Part shown: one piece after another, positions 13,968-28,090 of the stretch
Layout: each line of letters begins with the position of its first letter
Numbering within the stretch: the first letter of the stretch is position 1
Assembly (NCBI RefSeq): GCF_009914755.1
Contig: NC_060937.1
DNA: 64,000 bases
Source: the human T2T-CHM13v2.0 reference genome, Homo sapiens
Reading direction: 5' to 3' (one strand)
Position numbers and translations under genes: made by a program
Notes under the pieces: generated by a model
What the model saw: the letters and a program-made list of their open reading frames with translations, nothing else
The model's database searches: none
Told to the model about the DNA's origin: nothing

Positions 13968-15664
13968 AAGCTTTTGTATTCATTTAAGACAAAAAGAAAA
14001 CATTCGGGCTGTCTTAGTCCAGATTATACTTTTTTTTTAGAATCAAATTTGTTATATTTTTTAAATCAAAATTTTAAAGAATCTTTTTAGTTATATTTAT
14101 TGAAATTACAGTTTTCCTTTTAGTGTGCACAATTTTTCAATGCATAGGTTTATTTAGGATCTTAGTACTGTGCTAAGATTCTAAATGGATATTTTTCTCC
14201 TAGCTCCCTGCCACTGTGATGATATCAAAGGAGGCTTGGTAGGGGGTTAGGACTTCCAGCACTGTGCAGAGATAATACCCCACTACCCAATTTATGAAGG
14301 CTCTGTAGGAAGCAGTAAAGAAGTGTTTCAGCCCATTCCACTGCTCATCCCACAGCCAGGGAAGAATGACTGGAGGCTTAGTGGAGAGGTAGAGCCTTTA
14401 TCTTCACCCAGAAATAATGAGGATTCATTCTTCTTGCATATCAGAGGAGGCTGGGTAGGGACCTAGACATCTACTCTGACAAGGCAGTAGTGAGGCTGTG
14501 CCTTCCTTCTCTTGCCAAGTGCTGGAAGGAGCCAGCTAGACAGAAAGTGATGCTGGAAACTTCAACACCCTCCTCTCAACAATTGGTAAAACAATGACAT
14601 AGGCAATCGGCAAGGGTGCAGGAGAACTGAACAACACCATCACCAATAGGATCTAGTCAATATTTATAAACACATCCACCAGCAAAAGCAGAACTCATAT
14701 TCTTTTCGAGTACCCATGGGACATGTGTCCAGATGGACTATCTGCTCGGCCGTAAAGCAAAACTAAGCAAACTCAAAAGAATTGAAATTATACAGAGTAG
14801 GTTTGCCTACCACAATGGAATCAACCCAGAAATCAATAACGGGAAGAAAACAGCCAAATCTCTGTATACTTGGAAACTTAACAGTGCCCTTCCAAATAAT
14901 CCATGGATAAAAGGGGGAATCGTGACAGAATTAAAAATAATATGCTGAACCTAATGAAAATGAAAGTACAACATGTCAAACTTGTGTGGCACAGCTAAAA
15001 TAGTATTGAATGAGAAATGTATATCACTAAATGCGTACGTTAGAAAATAGGGAAAATCTCAAACCAATAATCTAAGCTCCCATCTCAGGAACGTAGGAGC
15101 AAAATAAACCACAGTAAGCAAATGGAAACCGATGACAAAAAAGCAGAAATCAATGGAATTAGAAAAAAAGGAGAAAATCAATGAAACAAAGAGCTGGTTC
15201 TTTGAAAACACCAATAAAAATTATAAACCTATAATATGAGTGACAAAGAGAAAATAGAAAATACATAAATAGCCAATATCAGTAATAAAACAAGGAAAAT
15301 CATTATAGGCCCTGTAGACATCAAAAAGATACAAAGGGAATATTACAAACAGCTCTCACACATAAATTCTATGACTTCGATGAATGGATCAATTCCTCAA
15401 AAAACACAAGCTACTTCAATTCACCCAATATGAAATAGACAATTTGAATAGCACCATAACTTTTAAGAAATGAATTTGTAATTTAAAGTCTCTCAAAAAA
15501 GCTTCCTATTCCAGATTGTTTCACTGGAGAATTCTACCAAATGTTTTAAGGAAAATTAAAGCCAACTTTACACAATCTTTTCTAGAAAATAGAAAAGAAT
15601 ACTCTCTAATTCATTTGATAAAGCAAGTATTATCCTAACACCAAAACCACACAGACAGTAGCAT

Positions 15665-15673
15665 ACACACACA

Positions 15674-15740
<67 letters not shown>
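15665..15740. repeat. Compound microsatellite (AC)13(AG)25
   Basis: Read directly from the sequence. Confidence 0.97.
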
Positions 15741-15744
<4 letters not shown>

Positions 15745-17118
15745 TTAAAAACAAAAAACATCCCTCATGAATATAGGTGAAAAAATATGTTTAATATATT
15801 AGCAGATAGAACTTAGCAATATATAAAAAGAACGGTTTTGGTTTTTGTTTTCTTTTTCTGGGGATGCACAGCTGATTCAATATCTCAAAATCTATCAAGG
15901 TAATCAATCACATCAACAGGTCAAAGAAGAAAAAAATACATGATTATATCACAGGATGAAGAAAAAGCATTTGATAAAATTTAACATCCAGTCATGATAA
16001 AAATCAACTCCCAGACAAATAGGAATGGAAAAGATAACCTGAACTTGATAAAGAGTTTCTACAAAAATCCTACAGCCAATATTATATTTAAGGGTGAAAT
16101 CTGGATGTTTTACTTCTGTGATCAGAAACAAGACAAGGATGTCTGCTCTCACCACCCTTAACATAGGCTGCTGGAAGTTCTAGCAAGTGTAATAAAGCAA
16201 GAAAGGACATAAAAGGCAAACAGATTGGAAAGGAGGAAATAAACCTGTGCTTATTTAATTGCCTTTGTGTAAAATCCCAAGAAATCTACCATAAAAAAAG
16301 AAAGGAAAGACTCAAAGAACTAATAAGTGAGTTTAGCAAGGTCACAAGACACAAGATAAACATTCAAAAAATCAATTGTATTTCTGTATACTAGCAATGG
16401 GCATTGAAGTGAACCATACAATTACATTTACAATTGCTCATAAAAATGCAATACTTAGGTGTAAATCTAACAAAATATGTAGGGAACTTGTGTGGCGAAA
16501 ACCACAAAATTCTGATAAAATAAATTAAAGATCTAGATAAAAAGAAAGACATTTCATGTTTATAGATTTGAAGACAATATAGTGTCAATTTAATAGTAAT
16601 CATCATAGTAATCAGTTCTCCCCAGATTGACATATAGGCTAATGCATTCCTATCCAAATCACAGTAAAATTTTTATAGATATAAAGGTATAGATGATACC
16701 ATTCTAAAATTTACATTGAAAGGTAAAGAAGATAGAATAGCTAAAACAATGTTTATAAAGAAGAATGAAGTGGGAGGAATTCACCTTCTCCATTTAACGT
16801 CCTTAAAGCATGTTACACATAGGTTAATGGAACGGAATAAGGACACAGAAATAGAACCACACAAAGGGACTCAACTGATTTTGGGGAAGTGAAATTGTTT
16901 ATAAATTGGCAACATGCGGGATCCGTGTGGTGATGTAAATATTCTATATTTTCACTGCATTAATGTCAATATCCTGGTTGTGATAGTTTTGCAGGATGTT
17001 ACTATTGAAAGAAATTAAGTAAAGAGTACACAAGATTTATCTGTATCATTTCTTACAACTGTATACAAATCTAAACTTATTTCAAAATTAAAACTTTAAA
17101 AATATTTAATGGTAATAG

Positions 17119-17499
<381 letters not shown>

Positions 17500-20065
17500 T
17501 GACAAGGCCAATGTGAAATTTCACTGATCAAGGAAAGTATCACGGTTAAAAGACCTAATTTGGAATCGAGTAGTATTTTATCTTTAAATGGAAAAGAAAA
17601 GTATTTGTGCATGCTTGTGTGTGCATGTTTATGTTGTGTATTTAAATTACTTGGCTGTGTCCACTAGAAATACCTAGAAACATTGGTTGATCCAGTACTC
17701 AATCACACAATGTGCTATTGTGAATCCTTACAGTTCAGATGGTCTCCATGTCATTTCTCTTCACAAAAATTTGCAAGATGTCCCGGAGGGAATACTTGAT
17801 TCCAAATTTAGCACCAGGAAAAGACAGCAACAACAACAACAACAACAAAACACTGTTTGCAACCATGTGTTAACAATCCACGAATGCCAATTTTATGTAA
17901 CATGTTATCAATTGTTTGCATTATTATGAAAAAATGTATAGGCTATTTGCATAGTCTCTAATACTTGTGTTCATCTGTCAACTCAAATCCTGTCAGTACT
18001 GGTCATCTATATCTTATGAATAGGGTCAAAGGCTTTTAAAGTTGGAGGGCCCTTAGGTAATATTATTTAACACATTAAGAAAGACTCAAAGAATGTAAAG
18101 AGCTTGTCTGATATCACAAAAATAATTAAGCTCACCTGCTTCACAATTCGTTAACTTCATACAAATGTCCTTTTAGCAATAAAAAAAGAGTTACTAAACA
18201 CTATGCTTCCTACAAAAATCAAACTGCCATCAGCAAATGTTTGTCGTTGTATGTGGATGTTAAATGCATTTTCCCAGGTAACAGTGAATTGAAGTCTCCA
18301 AATGGGAGTTTTTTTACTTTAGTTTGAATGGAAGACCTTCAGCATTTTCTCTAGATATCCACGTAAACCGGGTGCCATGTATGAGAACTTTCCAAAGAAC
18401 ATTATCTTGTGCTGATGAAAGATTAGTTAGCATTATATTAAATAAAAATGACAGCACAATGTTATGCTGTATTTAGTTACAGTATAACCAAAACTTGCTA
18501 TCCATTTCACTAAATGATTATTGATTGCATCCAATAGACAAGGCATTGTGCTGGCTGCTGCAGAGACAGAACTGAGAAATGCGTAGTCATCGCCCTGAAG
18601 ACACTTGGTAGCAGTTTTACCAGGGAAGTTTGGAAGCACTATCAAAAAACAAGCCCATAGCATGAACAAAGATAGGCAAGAAATGTATTTAATGAAACTC
18701 TGATGGTCCAGTTGTGCGTGTGTGTGCATGTGTGTGCGTGTGTGTTTCATTTGAAATCATCGGATTTCCATGCAGAGACTAAGCTAGAATTGTAGATTGT
18801 GGCTATATAGAGGAAGACTCTATATGACAGAGTCAGAGGTTCTGAACAGGAGAAATGACATTCTCAGTTTAATATATGCATCAAATAGCAGTGTTGCATT
18901 AAAGTGAGGATGTAAAAAGGCCAGTACTTAGCCTTTTTGACTATTTGTCTGTCAAAATAATAAGTGATGGTTTTTACTAGTGTGAAGGTAGTAAATATAA
19001 AAAAGCAGGGATTGAAGGGAAAATGAGGGGAAAGCTGCAGCCATTGGCAGATGACAGGGAGCCGTCCTGGGGGAGGGGATCCCAGATGGCACCCTGGTTT
19101 CTAATCTACATAACGTGCAGCAGTGAACATGAGGAAGGAGAGAAGGATGAATGAATGATTCAGAGATTTCAAGTGAGAGAGTATTGAATTTTTAAGTAAG
19201 AAATATGGCCATCTTCTGAGAATGAGCCAATCTGGGCTGGGGCTGGAAGCTTGAAAAGAGGCAAAAAGATTTCTAACAGTTACTGTGAGGATTGTAATGT
19301 GGCATTATCAAGAGGTGAATTGGGGAACTTCTTAGCAGCCAGACAGGGTCCATCTGAGATGTCAGAATGAATTTGTGGCAGATGCAAATGATACCGAATT
19401 ACAGTCAGATCCAATGATTGACCATGTCATTCACTACAATTAGGAATGACTGACTATGATGAAAAAAAAAATGGTGGCAGCTTATCAGTGGCTTTTGCTA
19501 CTTAAATGCTAAGCCCTAAGTTTCAGGTTTTCTTGAGACCTGAAAGAAGTCAAAATAGGCCGTTGCTTTAGAAACTATGGATGAATTGAAGGAGGGGAGA
19601 TGCCAGTGGGAATGAAAAGCATGTTTAGAAAGTGGAAGAGAATAATGTTAATAGGCTATTAGAGATGAGAGTCAGGATTTGAATATCTTGGAGGTAGGGT
19701 ACTTCCAAATATTTGCACCAGAAATACTCAAAGTCATGGAGAAGGATATGATTGTAGGCATTTGGATGAGATCTTTAGTAAATCCATAGTCCTTTTTGAT
19801 GTAACTGAAATGACATTTGAGGAAGCTAGGAATAAAGTGAAAAATGAATCACTGATACTCACAGAATTTGATGATCATACCTGTTATATAGTATGCCAGA
19901 AGAAATTATCTCAACTTCCATTAATTTTCTAGAAGTGAATTGGAATAACTACTAAAGTCATGTGAGCATGGTTGGGTAAGAGCACAACACAGTAGGACTT
20001 TGTAGAGATTACCCACACTATTTGTAACCCCTTATACTTCAAATAACTTGTTTTTGGTCTACAAA

Positions 20066-20310
20066 GCAATGGCAGAATCTCAGCTCACTGCAGCTTCCGC
20101 CTCCCAGGTTCAAGCAATTCTCCTGCCTCAGCCTCCCAAGTACCTGGGATTACAGGCGTCTGTCACCACACCCAGCTAATTTTTGTATTTTTAGTAGAGA
20201 TGGGGTTTCACTGTATTGGTCAGGCTGGTCTCAAACTCCTGACCTCGTGATCTGTCCACCTTGGCCTCCCAAAGTGCTGGGATTACAAGCGTGAACCACC
20301 GCACTCGGCC
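20066..20310 (-). mobile_element. Alu (AluS) lacking its 3' end and poly-A tail
   Basis: Starts at gcaatggcagaatctcagctcactgc with no poly-T and ends at cactcggcc. Confidence 0.9.
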
Positions 20311-20517
20311 CTAAGAACTTTCATGTATATTACATCACAATATTAACAGTGTGGTAATGCATTTTTACTCTCATTTTACCAAGTAAGAAACTGCAGCACT
20401 GGAACATTGAATGACTTGCCTAATTCCACATAGCTTTGAAGATGTGTTGACTTCTCCATGGTTTTGCTGGGCACTGCTGCTCCTAACTCAGGAAGGCATA
20501 GGGAAGCCAAGCCTCTA

Positions 20518-20707
20518 GATGGAGGTTTCTTGACCTCAGCACTATGAACATTTATAGCCAGATAACTCCACGCTGTGGGAGCTTCTCTGTGCACACACGG
20601 ATGTGTAGCAACATCTCTGCCCAACTATCACCCCCAGTTGTGACAGGAAAAATGTCTCCAGAAACGACCAAGTGTCCCCTGGAGGCTATGATTGAGAACC
20701 ATTGCTC
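20518..20707. mobile_element. MER20 (hAT-Charlie) DNA transposon
   Basis: ggtttcttgacctcagcactat...ccagataa...ccccagttgtgaca..aaaaatgtctccaga...ttgagaaccattg. Confidence 0.8.
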
Positions 20708-21220
20708 TAGGTTGTATAAATTGTTCACATTTAACAACGTATGGTGTGTCACATCATATGTAGCTCACATTTCAGTATCACTAAGCCATGTGGTGGCACA
20801 AGTGCAAACTGGATAATTAGGTAATGGTTTACTTGTACCTGAAAGTAGTTTAAGATTTTGGCATTGTCCCCCAGCTCAACTGATCTTCTGACCCAAATTT
20901 ATTGGAAAACCTGGGAATGTGTGGGATGCCTTATTACTTCTGTTTTATTTAGGACCTTGTAACAGCAAAGAATAAAAACTCAGCCTTTATGGGAAAGGTG
21001 GAGATAATCAGGCACCCATTGTGGCAGATGCAAATATAAAAGCCTATAGAAAGGAAGTTGCATCAGGGATCACCCACCTTTTCCAGGTCCTTCCACAGTC
21101 TGCACAGGCCTTTCTTCATAGTTTCTTCTGCTGTCTCTAATATCCATTCACTGCAAAGAATCCAGTCCTCTCTGGGCTCTCTAGACAAAATTCCCAAAGA
21201 ACTCAGGTTAGCCATCCATA

Positions 21221-21405
21221 CTACCTCATGGGTGACACTCAAATGTCCACAGGCATAACTCTTATACTCCCGCATGGCCGAGGCACACTCTCCCTCAGGC
21301 GAGGAGGCAAATTCTCCCTCACGGCGGATGCTCGCCCTCCCTCATGGCGGATCCTCGCCCTCCCTCATGGCGGATCCTCGCCCTCCCTCATGGCTGATGC
21401 TCACC
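21221..21405. repeat. 23-bp GC-rich minisatellite, about 8 units (consensus CTCCCTCATGGCGGATCCTCGCC)
   Basis: Unit starts at 21221, 21244, 21267, 21290, 21314, 21337, 21360 and 21383. Confidence 0.9.
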
Positions 21406-22238
21406 CCCTTTCTTGGTTGTTGCTCACTCTTGCTCAGGAGTAAAGAGGCCTCACTGGTTTTGTGTCTCCCATTATCCACTACCGGTCCACACTGGGCAGA
21501 GAACAGACTATGACACACTGACCGTGGTCTGTGCCCCAAGGTATATTTTCAAAGGTAAGCCTTTTAAAGAATGTATGGCTGATCAGCTTCCCATGACCAC
21601 TGAGATTTCACACTTAGTTGACACTAAGAGAGACAACAAACTATTTCAGTCTTCAAAGATCAAGTTTCTCAGCCTCTACTAGTAGGCTGATAAAATTATA
21701 ACATCCTTCTAATTGATTCATAAATCACCTATGGTGAAGAAGATTGCCCTTTAGAAATCCAGAATTAATTGTTTCCTATGTGTTCTTAATTGTAAAGACT
21801 TAAGAGTACTAATTCTTTAAGTATTCAAGCAGAACTTTTTAAATTAGGAGACTATTAAATTTCTCAAACTGAAATCACACTTCATTCCAAAAGTTTCGCA
21901 AGTGTGTTTACTTGGTTTAGTGAGTTTTCTGAGCAAGTTAGAGTCCTTAAGAATAAAGGAGACTACATGAATGTGAACCGTCACTATTTGCTCTTAAACT
22001 TGGCGATCAAAGGAGACCTTCACAAAATAGAACAGAAGAGGGTTCCCTTGTTTAATGTACAGAATGAGAACAGGCAGATTATAGCTTGGAACTTGCATGT
22101 AACGTGAACTGTAAGACCTGAAGACACTTCTTTTATGAATATTTGAAAACTTCAGCTGGGTCAAGTTATCCTTTAAAGGAATTTATTTTCACAGTCATGT
22201 TGAATCATTAGTAATTATGCTGCTTTCTTTTATTCTAG

Positions 22239-22418
<180 letters not shown>

Positions 22419-23473
22419 TAATTGAAATGCCTTTTGCATTCTAATGCCCAGACTAATGAGAAATGGGTCTTGCTGCACTATATGTTGGCTACAATGTAAT
22501 TTGGAGTCCAATGGAAACCATAATTTAACTAAGCTTTTAGCAGATAGAAATGTAAAATACCCTTACTACTTTAGTGGGTTGAATATAGAAAAGCTTTTCT
22601 GTGAAGACTAATGAAGATGAGTATGGCTTCCAACGTTATTTAAGCCACAACAGGGAGAATTTCATTACTTAAGATGACTCTGGAGCACAACTAAGGGTGG
22701 TATTTTATTCTTATGTACTTTCAGTTATAAAATATTCATGCTCACTATGTAGGAGGAGTAGAAATAGAAGGAGTATATATATGTATACACAAGTAAGTTT
22801 AAATGTATAGGACCCTTCTACTTAATGAGCATTAATACTTTATATGCATATATCTACTATAATTCTACACTATATACAAGACTGTATACAAAATGTATAT
22901 ATGTGATAATTAAATGTATATTCATACATATATACATAATTCTGCCTCTAGTAATTATTTTCTTAACAGCAGTTCTGCAGTGATTCACATTTTTCTAATA
23001 ACCTTTATAGTGAATTAAAACATTGCATCTTGTATGCTTTAAGTTGCTATAAATGAAATAGTCATTCATCTTTAAAAGAAGCACAGGATAGCTTTTTCGT
23101 GAAATAGTTGAATGCTCTAGCATTGAAAATAAGAAATCTATATCACTTCTGGTTTGAGAAACATATTTGCCTCAAATTACAGCAGCACAGCTGTAATACA
23201 CTGTTTTTCACTGAAGATTATTCTGCTTGCTTCTCAGAACTTATGTTTATTGTGAGTTCTCTTAGCTAAAACTAACAAAAAAAACAAAGAATAACATTAT
23301 GAAGACGGAAAAGAATTGGTCTTATTTATTATCATTGGAAAATCTTCCTTTTAGTGTGCTATTATTTGCACTTTTATTTATAATGCACTTCTCTTTTATG
23401 GAGATCTAATATATAGCATGTATTTAAAAGTTTACACAATGCTTTTTTTACTTTTGTATTTCATGTTAATAGG

Positions 23474-23476
<3 letters not shown>

Positions 23477-23509
<33 letters not shown>
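23477..23509. repeat. (TG)n microsatellite
   Basis: Read directly from the sequence. Confidence 0.95.
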
Positions 23510-23511
<2 letters not shown>

Positions 23512-23703
23512 TTAGAATGAAAATATGATGGCTAGTCTGCTTATCTTAATAGAGTCCCTGTATTTTAAAATCATTCTTTTATGTAAATTTGTACAAAAAA
23601 AAGTTCCAGGAAAAAACAATTCAGTCTTTTTTTTTATTCTTTAGGAGGAAGGTGCTTCTGAGCAAAAGGACAGAATTTACAATGTACCCTTTTGTATTTA
23701 TAC

Positions 23704-23925
23704 AGGAGGTGTCAGATTTTTTTTTTTGTAAAGGGCTAGAGAATAAATATTTTAGACCTTGTGCACCATAAGATCCTTGTTGCAGTTACTCACCTCTGCT
23801 GTTATAATGTGAAAAACAGCTGTAGACAATACAAATGGATGTGACTGTATTCTGATAAAATTTTATTTACAAAAACAGGCAGTGGGCCATGTTTGGCTCA
23901 GGAGCCATGATTGCTCACTCACTCT
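23704..23925 (+). mobile_element. MER58A-like hAT-Charlie element
   Basis: tgtaaagggctagagaataaatattttag...ataaaattttatttacaaaaacaggcagtgggcc. Confidence 0.75.
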
Positions 23926-24222
23926 ATCATAAAAGCAAAATATTTGTGGTTGCCATCATGTTTTATGAATCTGTGAAATACTTTGATGCTTGTACATATT
24001 TATTAAAAGCAAGTGTAATTCATAAATAATAATTTTTATTTGCAGGTACTTTGCTTATAGTATCTAAATCAATTTTCGTAGCATCAAAAAGCTCCCAGTT
24101 GAGGAAGATGGTGAGGTCTGTTGTAGAATGTACACAAGCAGAGCTGAGTCTCTGAGACCACTAACCAGGTACAGTCAGGGAGCTTGGAGACAGCTCATAG
24201 AGACACACAGCAAATACACTCA

Positions 24223-24455
24223 TTAGTGCCTAAGATTAGAAGTAAAGTCTACTTCACTCAAAAGGAGGCAGAAAAAAAAAAAAAAAAAAAAAGCCGAACT
24301 CCAGACTTTTAATTCTGCTCACAGGAATAGAAAATTTTAGTGCCTAAGATTAGAAGTAAAGTCTACTTCACTCAAAAGGAGGCAGAAAAAAAAAAAAAAA
24401 AAAAAAAGCCGAACTCCAGACTTTTAATTCTGCTCACAGGAATAGAAAATTTTAG
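24223..24455. repeat. Tandem duplication, 2 copies of 114/115 bp
   Basis: Copies 24223-24336 and 24337-24451 are identical except A21 vs A22. TTAG occurs at each junction. Confidence 0.97.
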
Positions 24456-25169
24456 GATTTAGGAAAATTTAGGATTTACTGTCAATTATGTTAATAATTA
24501 TTGAGTCTTTTTTTTTTTTTTGCTGTGTGTCTCTGTACACTTGCTTATAAGTTAGGTTATCCCTCTTTACAGGTAGAAAGACCTTGTACAATGATTGTAG
24601 ATCCCAGTGAGGGACACTTCCGCTCTCAGTATTTATATAGAGTGACATGAAGAAAATGGTTTGTGGTCAGTGACTCCTTGTAATCCCAGTGAGAGAAATA
24701 CGCCTCTTCACCAGGAGTTCCTTTGCTCGGTTTTAAGAGGCAAATGGATAGTAGAGTTCTCTTTAAAGTCCTGGAGGAACTTGCTGTCTCCTGCCATGTG
24801 CTCAGCTGTGGTCAGGGCTCTCCCGTTAGGGCCCAAAGCGTGATGGCATCTCCCTGTGCCCATAGGATGACATGGATCTTGCTATATCTTCATGCAGCCT
24901 GACCACATGATTCAGGGAAAATACAAAACTGGGTCAGTTACATATTTTGGACCATATTTATGTCTCATGTTTTCAGTTTTTTAAATCTTTTATTTTTCTT
25001 TTTAAATTTTTTTTGTACTACCCACCTTCTCAGTAATGTTTTCAGTTTTATTAGAGGCATTTTCTCAATTATAAGAATAAAATGTTGCATTGCTTATCTG
25101 TGGGTTCACTTATACATAGACCTGCTATAACTATAAATAATTATTTAAGTTGGCTATACTATTATGTAT

Positions 25170-25345
25170 TTATCATTTAACTTTTTATTTTGAAGTGGTT
25201 TTAAACTTAAAGTGACGAAATCATTATAAAGTACTCCCAGGTATCCTCTTCCCAGATTCATTTTTTTCATTACCTTTCTTTTACCCTCTTGCTATCTTTC
25301 TTTCTATCTCTTTCCATCTTTTGTTCTCCTCTTTCCTTCCTTTGT

Positions 25346-25400
<55 letters not shown>

Positions 25401-26620
25401 TTACTTTCTGAATCATTTGAAAGTAAGTTGCTTGCCTCTTCTTGTCTAAATAGTTTGGTGCCCACCCTGAGACGGGACATTATCTTACATAACTTCAGTA
25501 AATTATCAGAATATTCAACAGGGATGTACTACTCATATCTAATCCAGAATTCATATAAAGTTTTACCAATTGTCCCACTAATATTAGTCTTTTATGGTCA
25601 TTTTCTCCTAATTCAGGATCATTGATTGCATTTAGTTATCATTTTTCCTTTAAATCTGAGACAGTTCTTCAGCTTTTCTCTCTCTTTCATGACTTTTTTT
25701 AATGCCAGTTAATTCGTAGAAATCGCTCTGTTTGAGTTTATTTGCTATTTCTTTATTTTAGAAGCAGGTTATGAATTTTTGGCCAGGAGTCCCAAGAGGT
25801 AGTGGGGTATCCTTCTCGGCACATCACATTCGGAGGCAGTCACGGTTTGAAACAGGTTCACCATGAGCACTGTGATAAGGCGGTGCTCTTCAGCTTTTTC
25901 TAACATAAAGCTTGCTGTTTTCCCTTTGTTATTAATGAGTAATTTGTGAGAAAGTACTTTGAAACTATGTAAATATTCTGTTCCTCATCAAACTTTTACC
26001 CATTAGTTTTACATGCGTTCATGATTCTTGTCTAAATCAGTTATTTCTTATGATTGCAAAATTTTGATTTTCTTACCCCATCTTTCAATAAACAGTGGCA
26101 TTCTGCTATAATAATTCCCACTGCTTTATTAATTATTTATTTATGAGTGTACACTCATGGATTCTTATGTTATTCAATGAATAATGATTAATTACTATGA
26201 TTATACTGATGCTAAAATTGTTTGAGACTTGACCAGTAAGAACCCCTTCAAAGCTAGCTCCTATTTCTTTTTGACATAGTCTCTTGACTTTTTTTTTTTT
26301 TAACACTGCCTTACATTCTGGCCTTCCAAAAATGTTCCAGAATCATTTACCTTGCCTCAAATCTAGAATCAGACATTTGTTCAGGAAGCTTTGATTTATC
26401 TTAGAAAAGAATGGTATTCAGAAACTCCAAGATCTGGAGGCTGGGTGAGCTCATTGCTACTGGTGTATGATTGCTTTTAGGACCTTTTGGAATCTGAACA
26501 TTTAAGATGTAAGTATAGATAACATATAGGTGTATAGATCTGTAACTCTGTATTAAGAATCATGGATTTCTCTTGCAATCTCTAATTTCATCCCAACATC
26601 ACAGGGCCCCTTTTGCATTG
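25170..26620 (-). mobile_element. Old L1M (L1MC/ME-like) 3' region containing (TG)n at 25348-25394
   Basis: aactttttattttgaa...aatcatttgaaagtaagttgc...ttgcatttagttatc...tactttgaaactatgtaaatattctgttcctcatcaaacttt. Confidence 0.7.
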
Positions 26621-27688
26621 CATAATTGTATCTCCTTTTCCTGACAGTTCTTCCTGCTTCCCTGTTCGTTTATTACCTAATGTAGGGATTTTTTTAATGG
26701 AAAGCATTACAGATATATATTATGTCACCAGCATTTTGCACCTGGGCAGGCAAAATAATTTGAGTATGGCAAAGGCAGAAACTAAACACTTTGCCACAAA
26801 ACGTTGCCAACTGTCTGATTGGCTAAGCGTGATCCTAGTGATTTATGTTCATTATTTCACATTTTAATTTTGCAGTGATTCTCAAAGTAGGTACTGTCAT
26901 CATTATTTTATAGGAAAGGACACTTAGGCTTAAAAACCACCTACATTCAGATATAAGTAACACAAGAAACATTCCTTTTGACCCTTAACCGCCACATACA
27001 TTGTTTTCCCTGTGATTTTTAAATTTGTAATCCAAAATCCACTCAACTGAGCTCTAATTTCTCCCTGAGGTGTCAAGAAAGGAATATGGACTCATGGACT
27101 CAGAATTATTTGATTTTTATAACTTAAACATGAAAATATATCATTTTGCTTTTACCTTTTCAGCTTAACTGTGTTTTTTGTTATTTGTTTTGTTTTGTTT
27201 TGTTTTTTAAATAAAAGGACACTTCTTTTCCCTTCTTTCACCTAGCAACTGGTGCACCAAGTAAGGCAGGTCCTCTCACAGGTACTTACAGACGGCTCTG
27301 AGACAGGTGAGTTAGGTCCTGGGGAAACATTTTCCTGAGTAGTTATTTTCCTGGAATGGGGCGTTTCTAATAGAGACCATAAGTCTTCATGATTTGACAA
27401 GTGCACAAAAGCCCCTTAGGTCTGAGCAGGTAAGATTTGGTTCTGAAAACTAGGATAGAAGTGTTACTCAGTTAGAGAGCAAGGCCCAGTTGGGATCAAG
27501 ACTCCTGGTCAAGGGTAGTGAATGTCAGAATTTGTCAATGATATTAAATAGTGGAGGAAATAAAATAAGGATACAGGAAAAGGTAGACTCCTCAATCTGC
27601 TGAACGAATGACGTCTTGCACCCAGAATGTATCAGTGGCTAGAGCTCTTGTATGAAGAATAAGTTCAATGCTTAAGTAATAATTTTAG

Positions 27689-28090
<402 letters not shown>

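Noticed and set aside
17825-17849. Polyglutamine stretch in ORF 17687-17929
   Set aside because: It is a short (CAA)n microsatellite in intron with no exon evidence.
21221-21405. CRISPR-like array
   Set aside because: Units are head-to-tail without unique spacers, the context is eukaryotic and there are no cas genes.
24272-24407. Poly-A-tailed retrocopy with TSD
   Set aside because: Sequence on both sides of the A-run is duplicated, which fits a tandem duplication and not target-primed insertion.
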